Shown: positions 13,652-25,617 of the stretch, piece by piece
Numbering within the stretch: position 1 is the first letter of the stretch
How the letters are laid out: every line of letters starts with the position of its first letter
Source: Eledone cirrhosa
Lineage: Eukaryota
Length of the DNA: 64,000 bases
Reading direction: 5' to 3'
Assembly (NCBI GenBank): GCA_964016885.1
Contig: OZ024757.1
Span: forward strand, 33,852,001-33,916,000
Program-made: the position numbers and the translations under genes
Notes under the pieces: generated by a model
What the model was told of the DNA's origin: nothing
The model's database searches: none
What the model saw: the letters and a program-made list of their open reading frames with translations, nothing else

Positions 13652-15670
13652 ACCAAGCCACACCCTGGTAAATCACCTTGGTTGGTGGGCCGAACCAGGT
13701 TGAGGGTAGTTAGATAGGGGATGCCTGCCCCTGAATGCGAAGACTGGACCCGGCGGAGTGAGTGGAGGAGGACAACATCGTCCCAATGGTCACGAAGGCA
13801 GCGACAGCAAGCAGTGTGGAGCACTAGGCACTACAGACGTCGTGGCCATCCACTGCAGCCAAGGAAGTCCCTGGTCGTGACAGTCCTCCGTACCACCGGA
13901 TTCTGGCTTTTGCGGCCGAGTGAGTAGGACCGTCACTGTGCACTGGCCCTCCCGCTATAAAACTTTCCCGCAGTCACTCCCAAAGCCCTGCAACCGCTTC
14001 AAGCACCTCCACGCAGAATAAGTGATGGGAAAAGAAGGCCAAGAGATACGCTGGCACAAAGAATTCCAGGATGTTCTTCAGCGCCATCGGGGACGTCTAC
14101 AGACCCCCCCCCCCCCCCAAGCCTGTCACCACACCGCTGCTGACGGCTCGATCCTGCTGAAGGAGAAGAGCAGCATCAACTCGAGGTGGAGAGAGCACTT
14201 CAGCAACCTGCTCAACAGGCCTCCACTGCCGCCCTTGATCAAGTCCTACAGAAGTCCGTAGTCAGCAGCCTCGACCCCCACAGTGGATGAAATCACGAAG
14301 GCAATCAACCAGACCAGCTCAGGAAAGGACGGGATCTTCAAGTCAGCCGGTCCAGCTGCCCTGGGGGCCTTCCACACCATCCTTGTCAGCATATGGGAGG
14401 AAGAAGAGGTGCCCAAAGACTTCAGGGATGCCACAGTTGTCTCCCATTTTAAGAACAAAGGCAGCAAAACTGACTGTGGCAACTATCGGGGCATTTCTCT
14501 CCTGTCCATCGCTGAGAAGGTTCTGGCTCGGGTCATGCTCAACCACATGATCGCCAACATCTCGGAGGACAACCTGCCTGAGGCCCAGTGTGGGTTCCGG
14601 CCAAACCGCAGCACGATCGACATGATCTTCTCTGTAGTCCAGGTGCAGGAGAAGTGTGCTCAATCATGCCGTCAGGGACCTCGAGCACGGAGTGTATCTG
14701 CGATACAGACTTGACGGCTCCCTGTTTGACCTGCGGTGTCTGACGGCCAAGACAAGGACCATGTAGAGGATCGTCCTGGAGGCACTTTTTGCTGAAGACT
14801 GTGCAATCATGACCTCCAAGTCATCGTCAACAAGTTCGCGGAGGCCTCCTGCCTCTTCGGTCTCACAATTAGCCTTGGCAATACTGAGGTCCTATTCCAG
14901 CCTGCACCTGCCTCCGTCGCCCACCCTCCTTCCATCTCCATCGGAGGCACCCAGCTAAAGACCGTACTTCGGCAGTGTCGTCAGCAGCGATGGAAGCCTC
15001 GACAAGGAGATAAATGCCAGGATCTGCAGGGCCAGTCAAGCCCTTGGCCGCCTGAGGACACGTGTCCTGAACCAGTACAACATCAGGCAGTCCACCAAGC
15101 TCAAGGTGTACAGGGCCGTTGTTCCCACCAGCCTCCTCTACGGGTGTGAGACATGGACCCTGTACAGAAGGCATCTGGAACGGTTCCACATGGCAGGACA
15201 AGGTCTCCAGTGTCGAAGCTATGATACTGAAGAACCGACTTCGATGGGTGGGACATGTCATCCGGATGGGCGATCACAGGCTTCCGAAGCAACTGATGTA
15301 TGGGGAACTCTGTTCGGGGAAACGAAAGCAGGGCAGGCCTCTCAAGAGGTTCAAAGACTGCGTGAAGTCCAGTATCAACAACACTGGAATCGCCCCAAAA
15401 CAACTCGATTCCCATGCTCAAGAGAGGACTGAGTGGCGAGCCCTTACCAGACGCGCCAAAGACTCTTTTGAAGAGAAGAGACGGGCAGAAGTCACTGAGG
15501 CCCGTGAAAGGAGGAGAAATACATCAACAGCTGCCCCAAGCGACTCCAGTCTCTTCCCCGAACCTGCAAGTCAAGGATCGGCCTCTACAGCCACCTTCGT
15601 GCCCACGGCAGACGGGAACTAAAATAAAGAAGATGTCATCATCGTTTACGATGGACAACCAATATATATA
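13652..15670 (+). mobile_element. RTE-BovB-like LINE, internally deleted
   Basis: KNKGSKTDCGNYRGISLLSIAEK, LPEAQCGFRPNRSTIDMIF, LLYGCETW, RLRWVGHVIRM, GKRKQGRP; many deletions and frameshifts. Confidence 0.9.
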
Positions 15671-16009
15671 TGTACAAATTACTAGTAGTTTCTCATTGGA
15701 TATCCTGTTCTACATATAAAAACGGAATGTGGTATATATCACCACTACAAAAAAAAAACGGTTAACAGAGACATGTCTAAGCTGTATAATTATGGCTATC
15801 GCTTGACTGTAAAGAAAGCGGTTTAAAGACATGTCTAACTTCCTTCTCCATCGTAGATCTTTCAGTCATCAAAGGATCCTCAATTGTAGAACAGGGTCAG
15901 CATCGAATTTCGATAAACCACCACAATTAAACTCCCTAAACACTCCGTTGGCAGACATCGAATACCCCATCTTCACAACACCACCAATTGTAAAGCCCGA
16001 CTTCACGTA

Positions 16010-16110
16010 AACACTTTGCATATGCGCATTAGAAAAAAATAAAATGGCTACTGGAAGAACATCATGTTTTCCAACCTGAATAAAACACGTGGATTTTACG
16101 GCGGTAAAGT
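16010..16110 (+). promoter_or_regulatory. Putative promoter/first exon, copy A (NRF1-like site, AAAATGGC, ORF MATGRTSCFPT* 16044-16079, donor after 16103)
   Basis: Homologous to 20565-20711 and 27326-27420; motif order conserved. Confidence 0.45.
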
Positions 16111-16469
16111 AAAGCTTTGTTTTATGTTTATTTGCCATATAGTATTGTATTTCTAATTTAGCGTATTTCTTTTTATTATTATTCAAGTTGGTAAATAATA
16201 TATTTCCAGTTTGAAAAAAAAAATATGAACGAAATGGGGCCGGTCATCGTTATCATTATTTAGAAACTTTATTTACATTCTAAGTTGTCACAGTGGGTGT
16301 AGCTCCACGCCACTAATTCCGAGTGTTATCTCACTGTCATACCGTTTCAATATATATAAATATAACAGGGTATATAAGAAGAACTAGTATTTTGTAGATA
16401 TATTCGAATAGAAGGGGGTCGACTTGAGTGTCAGATGGGACCCAATGCAGGACGAGCTGTCCTGTAAAG

Positions 16470-16645
16470 GGCATGCCCCCCCCCCCCACAGAGGTACCAA
16501 ACATCCACTGTCATCGCCCCCGGTTCTCTCACTATTATAAGCAAATGGGGTCCTTCGCTGGCCACCCCACAGCCCTGGTAGACAGAATAGAGAATGCGTT
16601 TCCCCGGAGAAGGGAGATGCCCTGGAAGAGCCGTTCCAGTGCCTA
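16470..16645 (-). mobile_element. CRE-like non-LTR element, C-terminal remnant
   Basis: LERLFQGISLLRGNAFSILS, matching the end of the other CRE-like fragments. Confidence 0.65.
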
Positions 16646-17332
16646 TAATATATATATCAAATATATAAAAACCCTAGAGTTTCAGAAGATCCCGTTAAGT
16701 TTATATATATATGTACATATATGTCTTCCTAATAAATGTAGCGGTCCTGGCGTCAGTATGGAGGTAAGTAATCTATATTTTTAATTATTCATTAAAGAAA
16801 AAAATATAAACGAAATGAATGGAGGTAATTGGTTCGGAATAGAGATTTTCATGAGAAAATTGTTAGTGCGTTGGTCTCAAGACGATATTTCTAATGAATA
16901 TAATTTCATAATTTATAGAAAAAAAATGGTTCAGAGGTCGAATCCCTCATCGTCACAATACCACCAATGCGCTAATAATTTTCTTGTAAAAATATCTTTA
17001 CTCAGAACCCCAAATTACCTCCCTTCGTTTCGTTTATATTTTTTTTAAACAAAAATTGTGAAAAGTACCCATAAGTATGTGTTTGGAACTCAGTAGAATT
17101 GCGGCCTTCGAGGTGGCGCGCGAGCTGCGTCTCGGATCGCCAGTCCCAGTGACTGACGTTCGTTTCGTAGTGGCGTGCGACTGCTAAAAGGGCCTGGGAC
17201 TGTCTGGGCCGGTACGTAGATACCTGGCCCGTCCCAGACCACCTCGGAGAATCTTTTTACTAAAAAAATCCTCGATTATCTCCCCTTGGATTTTACCTCC
17301 CTTGATTTTAAGAATTCATTTTCTAATTTAGA

Positions 17333-18270
17333 TTTCATATAGAATTTTTTTTCGACTTTTCAAAAACACCCGTTTCATATAGAATTTTTTTTCGACTTTT
17401 CAAAAACACTCGTTTCATACAGAATTTTTTTTCGACTTTTCAAAAACACCCGTTTCATACAGAATTTTTTTTCGACTTTTCAAAAACACCCGTTTCATAT
17501 AGAATTTTTTTTCGACTTTTCAAAAACACCCGTTTCATACAGAATTTTTTTTCGACTTTTCAAAAACACCCGTTTCATATAGAATTTTTTTTCGACTTTT
17601 CAAAAACACCCGTTTCATATAGAATTTTTTTTCGACTTTTCAAAAACACCCGTTTCATATAGAATTTTTTTTCGACTTTTCAAAAACACCCGTTTCATAT
17701 AGAATTTTTTTTCGACTTTTCAAAAACACTCGTTTCATACAGAATTTTTTTTCGACTTTTCAAAAACACCCGTTTCATATAGAATTTTTTTTCGACTTTT
17801 CAAAAACACCCGTTTCATATAGAATTTTTTTTCGACTTTTCAAAAACACCCGTTTCATATAGAATTTTTTTTCGACTTTTCAAAAACACTCGTTTCATAT
17901 AGAATTTTTTTTCGACTTTTCAAAAACACCCGTTTCATATAGAATTTTTTTTCGACTTTTCAAAAACACCCGTTTCATATAGAATTTTTTTTCGACTTTT
18001 CAAAAACACTCGTTTCATATAGAATTTTTTTTCGACTTTTCAAAAACACCCGTTTCATATAGAATTTTTTTTCGACTTTTCAAAAACACCCGTTTCATAT
18101 AGAATTTTTTTTCGACTTTTCAAAAACACCCGTTTCATATAGAATTTTTTTTCGACTTTTCAAAAACACTCATTTCATATAGATTTTTTTTTGACACTTT
18201 CAAAAACAGACATTTCATACAGATTTTTTTTTGACACTTTCAAAAACAGACATTTCATACAGATTTTTTT
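17333..18270. repeat. 40-bp tandem satellite, about 21 near-identical plus 2 degenerate copies
   Basis: Unit cgtttcatatagaattttttttcgacttttcaaaaacacc; no spacers. Confidence 0.97.
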
Positions 18271-18462
18271 TAGACACTTCATTTAGATTCTTGGTTTCTT
18301 TTTTTTAGACACTTCATTTAGTTTCTTTTTTTTTTAGACACTTCATTTAGATTCTTAGTTTTGTTTTCAGACACTTCATTTAGATTCTTAGTTTCTTTTT
18401 TTTTTTAGACACTTCACTTACATTCTTAATTTCTTTTTAAACACTTCATTTAGATTCTTATT
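18270..18462. repeat. Short array of the 34-bp tagacacttc satellite
   Basis: Same unit as 23158-24430. Confidence 0.9.
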
Positions 18463-18466
18463 ATTC

Positions 18467-18549
18467 AAGGGAGACAACTCATATTTATGAAGAGTTATCT
18501 CCCTTTTATAAAGGGAGATAACTCTTCATAAATATGAGTTGTCTCCCTT
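18467..18549. repeat. Perfect 40-bp-arm palindrome built from AGGGAGAYAACTC motifs
   Basis: Arm 18467-18506 is the exact reverse complement of 18510-18549; 3-nt loop. Confidence 0.95.
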
Positions 18550-18749
18550 TATTTAAAAAAAAAAAAAGAGTTACCTTTTAGTAAAATTTTTGAAAGAGTG
18601 GATTCTTGTTTTATATAGTCCTTTCGATGACAAAAGCCATTTATAACTCATATATAATATGTAGAGATTTCTCTAACAGAAACTTTGAGGCTATAAGCCA
18701 ATTTTTTCTGTCAAAATAAACTGAACACAACTCGTATTTAGAGTGTAAA

Positions 18750-18930
18750 GATTTCTTTATTAGCAAAAACTTTATTCATACAATTCGTAAATAATATTTA
18801 AACATTTCTTTTATTAACAGACACTTCATCGCTGTTCAGGAAACTTGGACTTGTAAATACTTTCACAATCAAAACCTTCTTTCAGTGGTTGCAGCAAACA
18901 ACACAGCATCTGACCGAGAAGGCTGGACAT
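18750..18930 (-). other. Putative terminal exon of copy B transcript
   Basis: Acceptor tttttcatctttcttacag| at 18930; AATAAA at 18815-18810 plus two more downstream; paralog at about 24520-24646. Confidence 0.45.
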
Positions 18931-19429
18931 CTGTAAGAAAGATGAAAAACTATGAAAGTCATTTATATACATTGTCAATAAAATAAATGTTAAACTTTAT
19001 AAAATTCTTCTAACTTTTACTATAAGATGTATACATAAATATGTTGTCAATAAAAACAAATTAAACTTTATCAAATTCTTCCGACTTTGTCTTTTACTAT
19101 AAATATATATGTATAAGTACAGAAGAGAGAAAAACCTGTTCCTACGTTGGGTACATTAAATGAGACGGCCTACCCCGACCAAATGGGATGTGTGTGCACC
19201 GACGGTTACTGCGTTGAGCCACAGGTGTGCTCGTGGTCAAACCGGCGAACCAACCTGTCCGGGTGGCATCAAAGACGCCGAGCTGGTTCTATGTCACGTA
19301 GGTTAAAATTTAAACGTTCATATATATATATACATAGAAACAAAACACTATTTAATGAACAGAAAGGGATCAAGCAACAAACGGAGGGGGGACAGATATT
19401 ACACCCAAGTCTGAGCCACAGACGAAAGG

Positions 19430-19610
19430 GGAAAGAAAGGAATTACTGGGGACAATGGCCAGAGACATCCGTTACACCAGCCAACTCCAACCTCATGGGA
19501 CTCCCACATCAAGTGGGGCCACTGTCTTTCTGGGTGTGAGAGGTGGATTCTCACAGCTGACATGGAACGAAGAATCCAATCATTCGAGCACAAGTCCTTC
19601 AGCTACACAC
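19430..19610 (+). mobile_element. Degenerate RTE-like 3' fragment
   Basis: GCERWILTADMERRIQSFEHK. Confidence 0.6.
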
Positions 19611-19812
19611 CCTTGTACACAGAGCAGTGGCACCCCAACCAATAGCAGCACCAGTTACCGGGGAACATGTTGACAAAGTCCTTCAAAATAAATTTACAAC
19701 AAAACCCGAGGATATCATGAAAGAAACAAGAAATATATTTAACAACTTAAATAAAAAATAAACTACGTTAAATTTTATTTCATTATATATATACATACAT
19801 ACACACACACAC

Positions 19813-19857
<45 letters not shown>

Positions 19858-19959
19858 CATACACACACACATATATATATATATATGACTGGTGGTCATA
19901 CATACACACACACATATATATATATACATACATACACACACACACATATATATATATAT

Positions 19960-19997
<38 letters not shown>

Positions 19998-20564
19998 GAC
20001 TGGTGGTCATCGAGCTGTCCAGCTAGTTTGTCTACCAACATATGAAAGAATTATAATTATACATTTCCTATATATTTTGTCTGAGGAGGACGTGTTTTGC
20101 TTTATGTTATACATAAAACTTCTATATAATAAAATAAATAAAGATGAAATAAAGTATATATCTTTCGTTTATTACTAGAAGTCTATGTACACGTATGTGT
20201 ATATATTTAAATATATACACATGCATGTACGAACATACAAGTATATTATGTATGTATATATATATACGACTATGTTCAAAAAGTGTATCTTTAGACATCA
20301 TATATATACATTAAAATATATACCTATAAAAGTGTATATATACGTATAGAAATGTATATACCTATAAAAGTGTATATATATAAATTAGTGAAATCTGTGG
20401 AGTTATATTATAACTATATATATATTAGTGAGATTTGTGGAGGTGTTATAATATAAACACCAGCACGTGGGGGTGTCACCGTAACTTAACTGTCGTTTAA
20501 ATAATTATTCAAGACAAAATCAATGGAAATAAAGAGAGAATGTTTCAATAAAACTTTACTTTAC

Positions 20565-20711
20565 CTACGTAAAAATGGTAAAACCCGAGTTTTTAACGTT
20601 TTTTATTCAGCTTAGAAAATATCGACTTTTTCCAGCGGCCATTTTAGCTTTACTAAACAGAGTTACTTCAATTACGCATGCGCAAAAGTGTGGTCTTCAA
20701 AGCGCATGCGC
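20565..20711 (-). promoter_or_regulatory. Putative promoter/first exon, copy B (two NRF1-type sites, ORF MAAGKSRYFLS* 20642-20607, donor AG|gtaaag)
   Basis: gcgcatgcgc 20702-20711 and acgcatgcgc 20674-20683; AAAATGGCC. Confidence 0.5.
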
Positions 20712-20734
20712 GAAGTGTGTGTATACATAAATGT

Positions 20735-22545
20735 ATATCATCATTTTACGTCCGCTTTTCCCTGCTTGCAACGGTGGGACGGGTCTTATTCAGCACAGCA
20801 TCTCTCAACTGGTCACGGTCCTTCATCATCTCCACCGTGAGCTTCAATGATCAGAGGTCTGTTCTCACCACCTCCGCCCATGTTTTTCGTGGTCTTCCTT
20901 CAACTGGCACTTCTTCACCCATGTCCATACCACTTCAGTCTTCTCTCCCGTACACTACATTCTATCCCTCTCAACACATTTATGCTGGGTCGTTCACGCA
21001 CATCCAACGGAGCATGCTTGCCTCATTTCTCTCCAGCCGTCGTATATCCTCTGCAGTTGCTGCCCATGTCTCACTACCATGCAGCATCGCGCTCCTCACA
21101 CAGGCATCATACAACCGGCCTTTCGTACGCAGGGAGAAACCTTTCTTCGTCAACAGAGGAAGAAGCTCCCTAAACTTCTTCCAACCCGTCCTTATTCTAG
21201 ATACTATGGCCCCGGAACACCCTCCTCCCATGCTAATCTGATCTCCTAGGTACTGGAAGCTATCCACCACTTCTATAGCGCCCTCCTGCATTTGAAAAAT
21301 GTGTCTATCAATGCGACTTCTACTGTCTAATTTCCCTGTACATCTACTGCATACATATTTCTGCATACCTGTTAGTTTGCCTGCTATCCCGCTACATCTT
21401 TTGTGTACCCAGGATCTGCATTGTGTGCATTTTATAGAATTTATGCCAGTTCCTTTTCTGCATATCGAACATGGCCATTTCCCTGACGGAATCACGGTTT
21501 TGTCCTCTTTTCTACTCATCAACACTTTTGTCTTAGCTAGGTTCACTCTCAGTCCTCTTGCTTCCAACTGCTGTTTCCATAGCCAGAATTTATTCTCTAT
21601 CTCCTCTACTGATTCTGCTATAAGAACCAGATTGTCAGCATAGAGAAGTTCCCATGGACAGCCAGTCTTAAACTCCTCTGTTATGGCTTGGAGGACTATA
21701 ATGAACAAGAGCGGGCTGATGTACTCCTACTTGTATCTGGAATTCCTCACTAAACTCCATTCCTACCCTGACTTTACTGAGAGTACCTCTGTACAAAGTT
21801 TGCAGTCCTCACAAGCCATTCCTCAACACCTAGCTTCCTTAGGGACCACCAGATGACAGATCGGGGTACGCTATCAAAGGCTTTCTCTAGGTCAACAAAG
21901 GCTAAGTATAGTGGCTTATTTTTCTCTAAGAACCTCTCTTGCAATTGTCTCACCAAGAAGAGGGCATCTGTTGTACTCTTCCCAGGCACAAAACCAAACT
22001 GCATCTCATCTAGTTTGACCCTTTCTCTAATTAGTTGTGCTAATATCCTTTCTGCCACTTTATACCCCTATAATTGCTCCTCTCCAGAGCATCCCCTTTA
22101 CCTTTGTAGCAATTTATGAGAATACTGCTGCACCAGTCTTTGGGTATGACACCACCATATATAGCCTGATTGATGATGCGTGCAACCAGTTTAGTGCCTA
22201 CGTCCCCTGATGGTCCAGCAGCCTTACCATTTTTCATTTCCCTAATCGCCTCTTGGACCCTATATTCGTCAATCTCAATAGCTGGTCCCTCTATCGGGTC
22301 TACTGGGGATAATTTCTCTGTCCCATTCGTTCTCCACATTCATCAGTCTCTCATAATGACATTTCCAGGCCTCCTTTTTCTGATCATTCGTGACACTAAG
22401 TACACCGGCATCATCCTGGACACATTTATCTCCAACAACATCCTGATTTGCATTGACACACTGCCTTGCAATGTGGAACACTGCACGCCTCTGATCTTCC
22501 CGTCGCAGAACATTGGCAAACCTCCTACTCTCCGCCTCCCTGACA
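20735..22545 (-). mobile_element. 5'-truncated RTE-clade LINE with Cys-rich insert in the RT region
   Basis: [37 protein letters not shown]; same family as 36780-39952. Confidence 0.92.
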
Positions 22546-23158
22546 ACTCATCAAAAAGTATATGTATAGTACATAGGGTAATGTACAAACGTCAGGAAAA
22601 TGAACATGTGTGCATGTGTATGGAAGGGGTACATCAGATGTAGTTTTGGCGTATTTCGGGAAGCATGAGTGTCTTAAAGGATGCAGTGTCTCGGCAGGTA
22701 ACAACTGATGCAGGCAGTTTGTTCCATGCTTCAGCAACTCTGAGCGTGAAAAAATGTTTATGAAAGTCATGGGAGCTGTGCTGTTTTCTGATTTTGTAGG
22801 CATGTCCACGTGTGTTAGACACATGGAGATCAAAAAGGTGCTCAGGGTTGTTGTTGGCGAGATGGTTAATAACTTTGTGGGTGTTTACTAAGTCCATTGC
22901 CAGACGTCGGAGCTTCAATGAATCCATGCCCAGGTAAGCAAGGCGTTCAGAGTATGGTAGGTGTCTGATGGAGGGTGTGCGCTTGGTTGTATGTCTCTGA
23001 ACAGTTTCCAGGCGGTCAATGTTCTGAGCAAGATAGGGGTTCCAGACTGATGATGCGAATTCCAAGTGTGGTCGTACCATAGCTGTATACAGTTTTAAAT
23101 AGATGGCAGTAGAGCGGCTAACAAAGGTCTTGCTGAGTGATGCCAAGACACCCTCGGC
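22545..23158 (-). mobile_element. CR1/L2-group LINE, 3' fragment
   Basis: LYTAMVRPHLEFASSVWNPY...NTRGH...[14 protein letters not shown]. Confidence 0.9.
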
Positions 23159-24430
23159 TTAGTTTCTTTTTTTAGACACTTCATCTACATTCTTAGTTTC
23201 TTTTCTTTTAGACACTTCATCTACATTCTTAGTTTCTTTTCTTTTAGACACTTCATTTACATTCTTGGTTTCTTTTTTTAGACACTTCATTTACATTCTT
23301 GGTTTCTTTTTAGACGCTTCATCTACATTCTTAGTTTCTTTTTTTAGACACTTCATCTACATTCTTAGTTTCTTTTTTTAGACACTTCATCTACATTCTT
23401 AGTTTCTTTTTTTAGACACTTCATTTACATTCTTGGTTTCTTTTTTTAGACACTTCATTTACATTCTTGGTTTCTTTTTTTAGACACTTCATTTACATTC
23501 TTGGTTTTTTTTTAGACGCTTCATCTACATTCTTAGTTTCTTTTTTTAGACACTTCATCTACATTCTTAGTTTCTTTTTTTAGACACTTCATCTACATTC
23601 TTAGTTTCTTTTTTTAGACACTTCATCTACATTCTTAGTTTCTTTTTTTAGACACTTCATCTACATTCTTAGTTTCTTTTTTTAGACACTTCATCTACAT
23701 TCTTAGTTTCTTTTTTTAGACACTTCATCTACATTCTTAGTTTCTTTTTTTAGACACTTCATCTACATTCTTAGTTTCTTTTTTTAGACACTTCATCTAC
23801 ATTCTTAGTTTCTTTTTTTAGACACTTCATTTACATTCTTGGTTTCTTTTTAGACGCTTCATCTACATTCTTAGTTTCTTTTTTTAGACACTTCATCTAC
23901 ATTCTTAGTTTCTTTTCTTTTAGACACTTCATCTACATTCTTAGTTTCTTTTTTTAGACACTTCATCTACATTCTTAGTTTCTTTTTTTAGACATTTCAC
24001 TTACATTCTTGGTTTCTTTTTAGACACTTATGGCTTGGAGGACTATAATGAACAAGAGCGGGCTGATGTACTCCTACTTGTATCTGGAATTCCTCACTTC
24101 ATCTACATTCTTAGTTTCTTTTTTTAGACATTTCACTTACATTCTTGGTTTCTTTTTAGACACTTCATCTACATTAAGAAAAACTAATTTACATTCTTAG
24201 TTCTTTTTAGACAGTTCATCTACATTCTCAGTTTCTCTTCTTAGACACTTCACTTACATTCTTGGTTTCTTTTCTTAAGAATTTAGATGAAGTGACGAAA
24301 AGAAACTAAGAATGTAGTTTTACTTTTTATACACTTCTATTGAAAATTCTTAGTTTCTTTTCTTAGACACTTTAAGAAAAGACATTCTTAATTTCTCTTT
24401 TTTTAGACACTTCACTTACATTCTTGATTT
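23158..24430. repeat. 34-bp tandem satellite, roughly 30 or more copies
   Basis: Unit tagacacttcatctacattcttagtttctttttt. Confidence 0.96.
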
Positions 24431-25617
24431 AATTCAAAGGGAGATAATTCTTTTTTAAATATATTATAACGGGGATTTTAGAATGTAGATGTTTTCCAAA
24501 TTTTATAAGGCTAATAAAAACATTTCGTATATAATATTTAAACTTTATTTTTTTAAATTTCTTTATTAACAGATACTTTGTCACTCTTGAGGAAACTTCG
24601 CCATTCCGACTTGTAAATCTCACTGGTTACGGCACACAACACAGCTTATGAACAATATGTATGCATTTAAATACGTTTACCATGCAGTCCCATCAAGTGT
24701 TTTAAAAGAAACTAAGAGTGTAGATGAAGTGTCTAGGAATGTAGTTGAAATGTCAAAAATAGAAAGTCTTTTACTATCTGTAAGCATATATATGCATTTA
24801 AATACAGAGTATGGCTTAGAAAGTGTGTATATAGTGTCGAGATGACTTAGTAAGTGTGTATATTTTTTTAGTTTAAAAGAAAGCATGAGGGTTTTTTTTT
24901 TTTTTATATAGAAACGGAACGAAAGCGAGATAACACGACATATTCCGAATGTTACCTCACTGTCATACCGTTTCTATATATATAACAGGGTATATAGCCA
25001 TTGAATAAGAACTAGTATTTTGTATATATATTCGAATAGAAGGGGGTTAACTTGTGAATATTTTCACCAACATCAAATTCTAGGTAAATAAGGTTTCTCA
25101 GACACAAGATAGGCAGGAGGGTCGCCTTATATTTGAGTATATTAACCGAGAAACTCCTAGTATTTTGTACATCTATTCTCCTTGCTCGACGAGGCCAGCG
25201 ATCTCAAAGCATCGTCAAGGGTAGAGCCAACCAGCTCTTTTGCATCCTCTGGAGATCTTCCTTGATGTTACCCAGCCGTGTGTGTGGCCTGCAGCCACTG
25301 CGTCAAACAAGAGTAAGGGCCTGGTAGGATGATCTGGTGGAGGACATGTCCGTACCAGTGCATGAGGTGGGCTGATGCCCACGCAGCACTTTGAAGCTGT
25401 CAATCATCTTTGTGAGGGCCCACGTTTCTGCTCAATATAGGAAAATGGAGAGGACACATTGTCAAACCTATAACAGCGGAGTGTTCCCTACTTATTGCTA
25501 TCAGTGTGGATTAGCCACCCACAGGAGTGACCCTCACAAATGCATCTCCCTCAATATCTTCTGGGGTAACGCTGGTGGAGAGTGTTCTCTCACATTGTAC
25601 AGGCTTGTATCACTGGG

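Noticed and set aside
13652-13980. HDV-like ribozyme in the RTE 5' UTR
   Set aside because: Known for some RTE families, but I could not assign the nested pseudoknot pairings by eye.
17333-18270. Regular 40-bp repeats (also 47- and 50-bp arrays) as a CRISPR array
   Set aside because: Head-to-tail units with no unique spacers, no cas genes, eukaryotic context.
18821-18985. Plus-strand terminal exon for copy A (ttattaacag| ... aataaa)
   Set aside because: Possible, but the minus-strand reading has a stronger acceptor and agrees with the orientation of paralogs B and C.
19147-19539. 130-aa ORF with Cys cluster
   Set aside because: Non-ATG start, crosses a TA run and ends in an RTE fragment; no recognisable homology.
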